Assembly: GCF_009914755.1 (NCBI RefSeq)
Contig: NC_060928.1
Source: the human T2T-CHM13v2.0 reference genome, Homo sapiens
Strand: one strand, 5' to 3'
DNA length: 64,000 bases
Position 1 is the stretch's first letter. Each line of letters opens with the position of its first letter. The notes under the pieces were generated by a model. It searched no databases, was not told where the DNA came from, and was given only the letters and a program-made list of their open reading frames with translations. Positions 26,401 to 38,889 of the stretch are shown here, in pieces. The translations under genes were made by a program, and so were the position numbers.

Positions 26401-26648
26401 TCTGCAAGTTGATATTTAGATAGATTTGAAGATTTCGTTGGAAACGGGAATATCTTCATAGAAAATCTAGACGGAAGCATTCTCAGAAACTGCTTTGTGA
26501 TGTTTCCATTCAAGTCAGAGAGTTGAATATTCTCTTTTATAGAGCACGTTTGAAACACTCTTTCTGCACTATCTGGAAGTGGACATTTCGAGCGCTTTGA
26601 GGCCTATGGTGAAAAAGGAAATATCTTCCCATAAAAACTAGACAGAAG
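23417..26648 (+). repeat. Canonical 19-mer HOR copy
   Basis: Spacing 23443->26675 = 3232. Confidence 0.95.
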
Positions 26649-29199
26649 CATTCTCAGAAACTTGTTTGTGATGTGTGTATTCAACTAACAGAGTTGAACT
26701 TTTGTTTTTACAGAGCCGTTTTAAAACACTCTTTTTGTGGAATCAGAAAATGGATATTCGGATGGCTCTGAGGATTTCGTTGGAAGCGGGATTACATATA
26801 AAATCTAGAGAGAAGCATTCTCAGGAACTTCTTTGTGATGTTTGCATTGAAGTCACAGAATTGAACATTCACTTTGATAGAGCAGGTTTGAAACACTCAT
26901 TCTGTAGTATCTGGAACTGGACATTTCAAGCGCTTTCAGGCCTATGGTGAGAAAGGAAATATCTTCGAATAAAAACTAGACAGAAGCATCCTCAGAAACT
27001 TATTTGTGATGTGTGTCCTCAACTAACAGAGTTGAAACTTTGTTTTGATACAGCATTTTGGAAACACTCTTTTTGTAGAATCTGCAGGTGGATATTTGGA
27101 TAGCTTAGAGGGATTCGTTGGAAAGGGGATATCTTCATATAAAATCTAGACAGAAGCATTCTCAGAAACTTATTTGTGATGTGTGTCCTCAACTAACAGA
27201 GTTGAACCTTGGTTTTGATACAGCATTTTGGAAACACTCCTTTTGTAGAATCTGCAGGTGGATATGTGGATAGCTCTGAAGATTTCGTTGGAAACGGGAA
27301 TTTCTTCATATAAAATCAAACAGAAGCATTCTCAGAAACTTCTCAGTGATGTTTGCATTCAGCTCATGGAGTTGAACACTTCCTTTCATAGAGCCGGTTT
27401 GAAACACTCTTTCTGCACTACCTGGAAGAGGACATTTCGAGCGCTTTGAGGCCTATGGTGAAAAAGGAAATATCTTCTCATAAAAACCAGAAAGAAGCAT
27501 TCTCAGAAACTTCTTTGTGTTGTGTGTACTCAAGTAACTGTGTTGAACCTTCCTTTTGACACAGCAGTTTTGAAACACTCTTTTGGTAGAATCTGCAAGT
27601 GGATATTTGGATAGCTTTGAGGATTTCGTTGGAAACGGGTTATCTTCATATAAAATCAAGACAGGAGCATTCTCAGAAACTTCTTTGTGCTGCATGTCCT
27701 CAATTCACAGAGCTGAACCTTTGTTTGGATACAGCATTTTGGAAACATTCCTTTAGTAGAATCTGCAAGTTGATATTTAGATAGCTTTGAAGATTTCGTT
27801 GGAAACGGGAATATCTTCATAGAAAATCTAGACGGAAGCATTCTCAGAAACTGCTTTGTGATGTTTGCATTCAAGTCACAGAGTTGAATATTCCCTTTTA
27901 TAGAGTAGGTTTGAAACACTCTTTTGGCACTACCTGGAAGTGGATATTTCGAGCTCTTTGAGGCCTATGGTTAAAAGGAAATATCTTCCCATAAAAACTA
28001 GACAGAAGCCGTCTCAGAAACTTGTTTGTGATGTGTGTATTCAACTAACAGAGTTGAACATTTCTGTTACAGAGCAATTTTAAAACACTCTTTTTGTGGA
28101 ATCTGAAAGTGGATAATTGGATAGCTTTGTGGATTTCGTTGGAAACGGGATGACGTATAAAATCTAGAGAGAAGCATTCTCAGGAACTTCTTTCTGATGT
28201 TTGCATTCAAGTCACAGAATTGAACATTCCTTTTCATAGTGCAGGTTTGAAACACTCTTTCTGTAGTATCTGGAAGTGGACATTTCAAGCGCTTTCAGGC
28301 CTACGGGGAGAAAGGAAATATCTTCAAATAAAAACTAGACAGAAGGATTCTCAGAAACTTATTTGTGATGTGTGTCCTAAACGAACACAGTTGAACCTTT
28401 GTTTTGATACAGCATTTTGGAAACACTCCTTTTGTAGGATCTGCAGGTGGATATTTGGATAGATTTTAAGATTTCGTTGGAAACGGGAGTTTCTTCATAG
28501 AAACTCAAGACAGATGCATTCTCAGAAACATCTCCGTGATGTTTGCATTCCACTCATAGAGTTGAAAACTTCCTTTCATAGAGCAGGTTTGAAACACTCT
28601 TTTTGTAATATTTGGAAGTGGACATTTGCAACGCTTTGAGGCCTATGGTGAAAAAGGAAATATCTTCTCATAAAAACCAGAAACAAGCATTCTCAGAAAC
28701 TTCTTTTCGATGTGTGTACTCAAGTAACAGAGTTGAACCTTCCTTTTGACACAGCAGTTTTGAAACAATCTTTTTGTAGAATCTGCAAGTGGATATTTGG
28801 ATAGCTTTGAGGATTTCGTTGGAAACGGGATATCTTCATATAAAATCTAGACAGAAGCATTCTCAGAAACTTCTTTGTGCTGTATGTCCTCAATTAACAG
28901 AGTTGAACCATTGCTTGGATACAGCATTTTGGAAACATTCCTTGAGTAGAATCTGCAAGTTGATATTTAGATAGATTTGAAGATTTCGTTGGAAAAGGGA
29001 ATATCTCCATATAAAATCTAGAGGGAAGCATTCTCAGAAACTGCTTTGTGATCTTTCCATTCAAGTCACAGAGTTGAATATTCCCTTTTATAGAGCACGT
29101 TTGAAACACTCTTTCTGCACTATCTGGAAGTGGACATTTCGAGCGCTTTGAGGCCTATGGTGAAAAAGGAAATATCTTCCCATAAAAACTAGACAGAAG
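26649..29199 (+). repeat. 15-mer variant HOR (2551 bp; lacks 4 monomers, ~m6-m9)
   Basis: Spacing 26675->29226 = 2551; m5 is followed directly by m10. Confidence 0.92.
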
Positions 29200-32100
29200 C
29201 ATTCTCAGAAACTTGTTCGTGATGTGTGTATTCAACTAACAGAGTTGAACTTTTGTTTTTACAGAGCCGTTTTAAAACACTCTTTTTGTGGAATCAGAAA
29301 GTGGATATTCGGATGGCTCTGAGGATTTCGTTGGAAGCGGGATTACATATAAAATCTAGAGAGAAGCATTCTCAGGAACTTCTTTGTGATGTTTGCATTG
29401 AAGTCACAGAATTGAACATTCACTTTGATAGAGCAGGTTTGAAACACTCATTCTGTAGTATCTGGAAGTGGACATTTCAAGCGCTTTCAGGCCTATGGTG
29501 AGAAAGGAAATATCTTCGAATAAAAACTAGACAGAAGCATCCTCAGAAACTTATTTGTGATGTGTGTCCTCAACTAACAGAGTTGAAACTTTGTTTTGAT
29601 ACAGCATTTTGGAAACACTCTTTTTGTAGAATCTGCAGGTGGATATTTGGATAGCTTAGAGGGATTCGTTGGAAAGGGGATATCTTCATATAAAATCTAG
29701 ACAGAAGCATTCTCAGAAACTTATTTGTGATGTGTGTCCTCAACTAACAGAGTTGAACCTTGGTTTTGATACAGCATTTTGGAAACACTCCTTTTGTAGA
29801 ATCTGCAGGTGGATATGTGGATAGCTCTGAAGATTTCGTTGGAAACGGGAATTTCTTCATATAAAATCAAACAGAAGCATTCTCAGAAACTTCTCAGTGA
29901 TGTTTGCATTCAGCTCATGGAGTTGAACACTTCCTTTCATAGAGCCGGTTTGAAACACTCTTTCTGCACTACCTGGAAGAGGACATTTCGAGCGCTTTGA
30001 GTCCTATGGTGAAAAAGGAAATATCTTCTCATAAAAACCAGAAAGAAGCATTCTCAGAAACTTCTTTGTGTTGTGTGTACTCATGTAACAGTGTTGAACC
30101 ATCCTTTTGACAGAGCAGTTTTGAAACACTCTTTTTGTAGAATCTGCAAGTGGATATTTGGATAGCTTTGAGGATTTCGTTGGAAACGGGATGACATATA
30201 ATATCTAGAGAGAAGCATTCTCAGGAACTTCTTTGTGATGTTTGCATTCAAGTCACAGAATTGAACATTCCCTTTCATAGAGCAGGTTTGAAACACTCTT
30301 TCTCTAGTATCTGGAAGTGGGCATTTCAAGCGCTTTCAGGCCTATGGAGAGAAAGGAAATACCTTCAAATAAAAACTAGACAGAAGCATTCTCAGAAACT
30401 TATTTGTGATGTGTGTCCTCAACTAACAGAGTTGAACCTTTGTTTTGATACAGCATTTTGGAAACACTCCTTTTGTAGAATCTGCAGGTGGATATTTGGA
30501 TAACTTTGAAGATTTCGTTGGAAACCGGAATATCTTCATATAAAATCAAGACAGAAGCATTCTCGGAAACATCTCTGTGATGTTTGCATTCAACTCAGTA
30601 GAGTTGAACACTTCCTTTCATAGAGCAGGTTTGAAACACTCTTTCTGCACTACCTGGAAGAGGACATTTCGAGCGCTTTGAGGCCTATGGTGAAAAAGGA
30701 AATATCTTCTCATAAAAACCAGAAAGAAGCATTCTCAGAAACTTCTTTGTGTTGTGTGTACTCAAGTAACAGTGTTGAACCTTCCTTTTGACACAGCAGT
30801 TTTGAAACACTCTTTTGGTAGAATCTGCAAGTGGATATTTGGATAGCTTTGAGGATTTCGTTGGAAACGGGTTATCTTCATATAAAATCCAGACAGGAGC
30901 ATTCTCAGAAACTTCTTTGTGCTGCATGTCCTCAATTCACAGAGCTGAACCTTTGTTTGGATACAGCATTTTGGAAACATTCCTTTAGTAGAATCTGCAA
31001 GTTGATATTTAGATAGCTTTGAAGATTTCGTTGGAAACAGGAATATCTTCATAGAAAATCTAGACGGAAGCATTCTCAGAAACTGCTTTGTGATGTTTGC
31101 ATTCAAGTCACAGAGTTGAATATTCCCTTTTATAGAGTAGGTTTGAAACACTCTTTTGGCACTACCTGGAAGTGGATATTTCGAGCTGAGGCCTATGGTT
31201 AAAAGGAAATATCTTCCCATAAAAACTAGACAGAAGCCGTCTCAGAAACTTGTTTGTGATGTGTGTATTCAACTAACAGAGTTGAACATTTCTGTTACAG
31301 AGCAATTTTAAAACACTCTTTTTGTGGAATCTGAAAGTGGATAATTGGATAGCTTTGTGGATTTCGTTGGAAACGGGATGACGTATAAAATCTAGAGAGA
31401 AGCATTCTCAGGAACTTCTTTCTGATGTTTGCATTCAAGTCACAGAATTGAACATTCCTTTTCATAGTGCAGGTTTGAAACACTCTTTCTGTAGTATCTG
31501 GAAGTGGACATTTCAAGCGCTTTCAGGCCTACGGGGAGAAAGGAAATATCTTCAAATAAAAACTAGACAGAAGGATTCTCAGAAACTTATTTGTGATGTG
31601 TGTCCTAAACGAACACAGTTGAACCTTTGTTTTGATACAGCATTTTGGAAACACTCCTTTTGTAGGATCTGCAGGTGGATATTTGGATAGATTTTAAGAT
31701 TTCGTTGGAAACGGGAGTTTCTTCATAGAAACTCAAGACAGATGCATTCTCAGAAACATCTCTGTGATGTTTGCATTCCACTCATAGAGTTGAAAACTTC
31801 CTTTCATAGAGCAGGTTTGAAACACTCTTTTTGTAATATTTGGAAGTGGACATTTGCAGCGCTTTGAGGCCTATGGTGAAAAAGGAAATATCTTCTCATA
31901 AAAACCAGAAACAAGCATTCTCAGAAACTTCTTTTTGATGTGTGTACTCAAGTAACAGAGTTGAACCTTCCTTTTGACACAGCAGTTTTGAAACAATCTT
32001 TTTGTAGAATCTGCAAGTGGATATTTGGATAGCTTTGAGGATTTCGTTGGAAACGGGATATCTTCATATAAAATCTAGACAGAAGCATTCTCAGAAACTT

Positions 32101-35100
32101 CTTTGTGCTGTATGTCCTCAATTAACAGAGTTGAACCATTGCTTGGATACAGCATTTTGGAAACATTCCTTGAGTAGAATCTGCAAGTTGATATTTAGAT
32201 AGATTTGAAGATTTCGTTGGAAAAGGGAATATCTCCATATAAAATCTAGAGGGAAGCATTCTCAGAAACTGCTTTGTGATGTTTCCATTCAAGTCACAGA
32301 GTTGAATATTCCCTTTTATAGAGCACGTTTGAAACACTCTTTCTGCACTATCTGGAAGTGGACATTTCGAGCGCTTTGAGGCCTATGGTGAAAAAGGAAA
32401 TATCTTCCCATAAAAACTAGACAGAAGCATTCTCAGAAACTTGTTCGTGATGTGTGTATTCAACTAACAGAGTTGAACTTTTGTTTTTACAGAGCCGTTT
32501 TAAAACACTCTTTTTGTGGAATCAGAAAGTGGATATTCGGATGGCTCTGAGGATTTCGTTGGAAGCGGGATTACATATAAAATCTAGAGAGAAGCATTCT
32601 CAGGAACTTCTTTGTGATGTTTGCATTGAAGTCACAGAATTGAACATTCACTTTGATAGAGCAGGTTTGAAACACTCATTCTGTAGTATCTGGAAGTGGA
32701 CATTTCAAGCGCTTTCAGGCCTATGGTGAGAAAGGAAATATCTTCGAATAAAAACTAGACAGAAGCATCCTCAGAAACTTATTTGTGATGTGTGTCCTCA
32801 ACTAACAGAGTTGAAACTTTGTTTTGATACAGCATTTTGGAAACACTCTTTTTGTAGAATCTGCAGGTGGATATTTGGATAGCTTAGAGGGATTCGTTGG
32901 AAAGGGGATATCTTCATATAAAATCTAGACAGAAGCATTCTCAGAAACTTATTTGTGATGTGTGTCCTCAACTAACAGAGTTGAACCTTGGTTTTGATAC
33001 AGCATTTTGGAAACACTCCTTTTGTAGAATCTGCAGGTGGATATGTGGATAGCTCTGAAGATTTCGTTGGAAACGGGAATTTCTTCATATAAAATCAAAC
33101 AGAAGCATTCTCAGAAACTTCTCAGTGATGTTTGCATTCAGCTCATGGAGTTGAACACTTCCTTTCATAGAGCCGGTTTGAAACACTCTTTCTGCACTAC
33201 CTGGAAGAGGACATTTCGAGCGCTTTGAGTCCTATGGTGAAAAAGGAAATATCTTCTCATAAAAACCAGAAAGAAGCATTCTCAGAAACTTCTTTGTGTT
33301 GTGTGTACTCATGTAACAGTGTTGAACCATCCTTTTGACAGAGCAGTTTTGAAACACTCTTTTTGTAGAATCTGCAAGTGGATATTTGGATAGCTTTGAG
33401 GATTTCTTTGGAAACGGGATGACATATAATATCTAGAGAGAAGAATTCTCAGGAACTTCTTTGTGATGTTTGCATTCAAGTCACAGAATTGAACATTCCC
33501 TTTCATAGAGCAGGTTTGAAACACTCTTTCTCTAGTATCTGGAAGTGGGCATTTCAAGCGCTTTCAGGCCTATGGAGAGAAAGGAAATACCTTCAAATAA
33601 AAACTAGACAGAAGCATTCTCAGAAACTTATTTGTGATGTATGTCCTCAACTAACAGAGTTGAACCTTTGTTTTGATACAGCATTTTGGAAACACTCCTT
33701 TTGTAGAATCTGCAGGTGGATATTTGGATAGCTTTGAAGATTTCGTTGGAAACCGGAATATCTTCATATAAAATCAAGACAGAAGCATTCTCGGAAACAT
33801 CTCTGTGATGTTTGCATTCAACTCAGTAGAGTTGAACACTTCCTTTCATAGAGCAGGTTTGAAACACTCTTTCTGCACTACCTGGAAGCGGACATTTCGA
33901 GCGCTTTTAGGACTATGGTGAAAAAGGAAATATCTTCTCATAAAAACCAAAAGAAGCATTCTCAGAAACTTCTTTGTGTTGTGTGTACTCAAGTAACAGT
34001 GTTGAACCTTCCTTTTGACAGAGCAGTTTTGAAACACTCTTTTGGTAGAATCTGCAAGTGGATATTTGGATAGCTTTGAGGATTTCGTTGGAAACGGGTT
34101 ATCTTCATATAAAATCCAGACAGGAGCATTCTCAGAAACTTCTTTGTGCTGTATGTCCTCAATTCACAGAGCTGAACCTTTGTTTGGATACAGCATTTTG
34201 GAGACATTCCTTTAGTAGAATCTGCAAGTTGATATTTAGATAGCTTTGAAGATTTCGTTGGAAACGGGAATATCTTCATAGAAAATCTAGACGGAAGCAT
34301 TCTCAGAAACTGCTTTGTGATGTTTGCATTCAAGTCACAGAGTTGAATATTCCCTTTTATAGAGTAGGTTTGAAACACTCTTTCGGCACTACCTGGAAGT
34401 GGATATTTCGAGCTCTTTGAGGCCTATGGTTAAAAGGAAATATCTTCCCATAAAAACTAGACAGAAGCCGTCTCAGAAACTTGTTTGTGATGTGTGTATT
34501 CAACTACCAGAGTTGAACATTTCTGTTACAGAGCAATTTTCAAACACTCTTTTTGTGGAATCTGAAAGTGGATAATTGGATAGCTTTGTGGATTTCGTTG
34601 GAAACGGGATGACGTATAAAATCTAGAGAGAAGCATTCTCAGGAACTTCTTTCTGATGTTTGCATTCAAGTCACAGAATTGAACATTCCTTTTCATAGTG
34701 CAGGTTTGAAACACTCTTTCTGTAGTATCTGGAAGTGGACATTTCAAGCGCTTTCAGGCCTACGGGGAGAAAGGAAATATCTTCAAATAAAAACTAGACA
34801 GAAGGATTCTCAGAAACTTATTTGTGATGTGTGTCCTAAACGAACACAGTTGAACCTTTGTTTTGATACAGCATTTTGGAAACACTCCTTTTGTAGGATC
34901 TGCAGGTGGATATTTGGATACATTTTAAGATTTCGTTGGAAACGGGAGTTTCTTCATAGAAACTCAAGACAGATGCATTCTCAGAAACATCTCTGTGATG
35001 TTTGCATTCCACTCATAGAGTTGAAAACTTCCTTTCATAGAGCAGGTTTGAAACACTCTTTTTGTAATATTTGGAAGTGGACATTTGCAGCGCTTTGAGG

Positions 35101-38100
35101 CCTATGGTGAAAAAGGAAATATCTTCTCATAAAAACCAGAAACAAGCATTCTCAGAAACTTCTTTTTGATGTGTGTACTCAAGTAACAGAGTTGAACCTT
35201 CCTTTTGACACAGCAGTTTTGAAACAATCTTTTTGTAGAATCTGCAAGTGGATATTTGGATAGCTTTGAGGATTTCGTTGGAAACGGGATATCTTCATAT
35301 AAAATCTAGACAGAAGCATTCTCAGAAACTTCTTTGTGCTGTATGTCCTCAATTAACAGAGTTGAACCATTGCTTGGATACAGCATTTTGGAAACATTCC
35401 TGGAGTAGAATCTGCAAGTTGATATTTAGATAGATTTGAAGATTTCGTTGGAAAAGGGAATATCTCCATATAAAATCTAGAGGGAAGCATTCTCAGAAAC
35501 TGCTTTGTGATGTTTCCATTCAAGTCACAGAGTTGAATATTCCCTTTTATAGAGCACGTTTGAAACACTCTTTCTGCACTATCTGGAAGTGGACATTTCG
35601 AGCGCTTTGAGGCCTATGGTGAAAAAGGAAATATCTTCCCATAAAAACTAGACAGAAGCATTCTCAGAAACTTGTTTGTGATGTGTGTATTCAACTAACA
35701 GAGTTGAACTTTTGTTTTTACAGAGCCGTTTTAAAACACTCTTTTTGTGGAATCAGAAAGTGGATATTCGGATGGCTCTGAGGATTTCGTTGGAAGCGGG
35801 ATTACATATAAAATCTAGAGAGAAGCATTCTCAGGAACTTCTTTGTGATGTTTGCATTGAAGTCACAGAATTGAACATTCACTTTGATAGAGCAGGTTTG
35901 AAACACTCATTCTGTAGTATCTGGAAGTGGACATTTCAAGCGCTTTCAGGCCTATGGTGAGAAAGGAAATATCTTCGAATAAAAACTAGACAGAAGCATC
36001 CTCAGAAACTTATTTGTGATGTGTGTCCTCAACTAACAGAGTTGAAACTTTGTTTTGATACAGCATTTTGGAAACACTCTTTTTGTAGAATCTGCAGGTG
36101 GATATTTGGATAGCTTAGAGGGATTCGTTGGAAAGGGGATATCTTCATATAAAATCTAGACAGAAGCATTCTCAGAAACTTATTTGTGATGTGTGTCCTC
36201 AACTAACAGAGTTGAACCTTGGTTTTGATACAGCATTTTGGAAACACTCCTTTTGTAGAATCTGCAGGTGGATATGTGGATAGCTCTGAAGATTTCGTTG
36301 GAAACGGGAATTTCTTCATATAAAATCAAACAGAAGCATTCTCAGAAACTTCTCAGTGATGTTTGCATTCAGCTCATGGAGTTGAACACTTCCTTTCATA
36401 GAGCCGGTTTGAAACACTCTTTCTGCACTACCTGGAAGAGGACATTTCGAGCGCTTTGAGTCCTATGGTGAAAAAGGAAATATCTTCTCATAAAAACCAG
36501 AAAGAAGCATTCTCAGAAACTTCTTTGTGTTGTGTGTACTCATGTAACAGTGTTGAACCATCCTTTTGACAGAGCAGTTTTGAAACACTCTTTTTGTAGA
36601 ATCTGCAAGTGGATATTTGGATAGCTTTGAGGATTTCTTTGGAAACGGGATGACATATAATATCTAGAGAGAAGAATTCTCAGGAACTTCTTTGTGATGT
36701 TTGCATTCAAGTCACAGAATTGAACATTCCCTTTCATAGAGCAGGTTTGAAACACTCTTTCTCTAGTATCTGGAAGTGGGCATTTCAAGCGCTTTCAGGC
36801 CTATGGAGAGAAAGGAAATACCTTCAAATAAAAACTAGACAGAAGCATTCTCAGAAACTTATTTGTGATGTATGTCCTCAACTAACAGAGTTGAACCTTT
36901 GTTTTGATACAGCATTTTGGAAACACTCCTTTTGTAGAATCTGCAGGTGGATATTTGGATAGCTTTGAAGATTTCGTTGGAAACCGGAATATCTTCATAT
37001 AAAATCAAGACAGAAGCATTCTCGGAAACATCTCTGTGATGTTTGCATTCAACTCAGTAGAGTTGAACACTTCCTTTCATAGAGCAGGTTTGAAACACTC
37101 TTTCTGCACTACCTGGAAGCGGACATTTCGAGCGCTTTTAGGACTATGGTGAAAAAGGAAATATCTTCTCATAAAAACCAAAAGAAGCATTCTCAGAAAC
37201 TTCTTTGTGTTGTGTGTACTCAAGTAACAGTGTTGAACCTTCCTTTTGACAGAGCAGTTTTGAAACACTCTTTTGGTAGAATCTGCAAGTGGATATTTGG
37301 ATAGCTTTGAGGATTTCGTTGGAAACGGGTTATCTTCATATAAAATCCAGACAGGAGCATTCTCAGAAACTTCTTTGTGCTGTATGTCCTCAATTCACAG
37401 AGCTGAACCTTTGTTTGGATACAGCATTTTGGAGACATTCCTTTAGTAGAATCTGCAAGTTGATATTTAGATAGCTTTGAAGATTTCGTTGGAAACGGGA
37501 ATATCTTCATAGAAAATCTAGACGGAAGCATTCTCAGAAACTGCTTTGTGATGTTTGCATTCAAGTCACAGAGTTGAATATTCCCTTTTATAGAGTAGGT
37601 TTGAAACACTCTTTCGGCACTACCTGGAAGTGGATATTTCGAGCTCTTTGAGGCCTATGGTTAAAAGGAAATATCTTCCCATAAAAACTAGACAGAAGCC
37701 GTCTCAGAAACTTGTTTGTGATGTGTGTATTCAACTACCAGAGTTGAACATTTCTGTTACAGAGCAATTTTCAAACACTCTTTTTGTGGAATCTGAAAGT
37801 GGATAATTGGATAGCTTTGTGGATTTCGTTGGAAACGGGATGACGTATAAAATCTAGAGAGAAGCATTCTCAGGAACTTCTTTCTGATGTTTGCATTCAA
37901 GTCACAGAATTGAACATTCCTTTTCATAGTGCAGGTTTGAAACACTCTTTCTGTAGTATCTGGAAGTGGACATTTCAAGCGCTTTCAGGCCTACGGGGAG
38001 AAAGGAAATATCTTCAAATAAAAACTAGACAGAAGGATTCTCAGAAACTTATTTGTGATGTGTGTCCTAAACGAACACAGTTGAACCTTTGTTTTGATAC

Positions 38101-38889
38101 AGCATTTTGGAAACACTCCTTTTGTAGGATCTGCAGGTGGATATTTGGATACATTTTAAGATTTCGTTGGAAACGGGAGTTTCTTCATAGAAACTCAAGA
38201 CAGATGCATTCTCAGAAACATCTCTGTGATGTTTGCATTCCACTCATAGAGTTGAAAACTTCCTTTCATAGAGCAGGTTTGAAACACTCTTTTTGTAATA
38301 TTTGGAAGTGGACATTTGCAGCGCTTTGAGGCCTATGGTGAAAAAGGAAATATCTTCTCATAAAAACCAGAAACAAGCATTCTCAGAAACTTCTTTTTGA
38401 TGTGTGTACTCAAGTAACAGAGTTGAACCTTCCTTTTGACACAGCAGTTTTGAAACAATCTTTTTGTAGAATCTGCAAGTGGATATTTGGATAGCTTTGA
38501 GGATTTCGTTGGAAACGGGATATCTTCATATAAAATCTAGACAGAAGCATTCTCAGAAACTTCTTTGTGCTGTATGTCCTCAATTAACAGAGTTGAACCA
38601 TTGCTTGGATACAGCATTTTGGAAACATTCCTGGAGTAGAATCTGCAAGTTGATATTTAGATAGATTTGAAGATTTCGTTGGAAAAGGGAATATCTCCAT
38701 ATAAAATCTAGAGGGAAGCATTCTCAGAAACTGCTTTGTGATGTTTCCATTCAAGTCACAGAGTTGAATATTCCCTTTTATAGAGCACGTTTGAAACACT
38801 CTTTCTGCACTATCTGGAAGTGGACATTTCGAGCGCTTTGAGGCCTATGGTGAAAAAGGAAATATCTTCCCATAAAAACTAGACAGAAG
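29200..38889 (+). repeat. Three 19-mer HOR copies (starts 29200, 32428, 35659; 3228, 3231, 3231 bp)
   Basis: Marker ORF at 29226, 32454, 35685, 38916; 4-bp deletion near 31188 and 1-bp deletions near 33950 and 37181. Confidence 0.93.

Noticed and set aside
34679-35098. Longer 139-aa ORF (also 37910-38329) and the 152-aa ORF at 30762-31220
   Set aside because: Explained by a single TAG->TAC change (34921, 38152) and by the 4-bp deletion at ~31188; there is no evidence of coding function.
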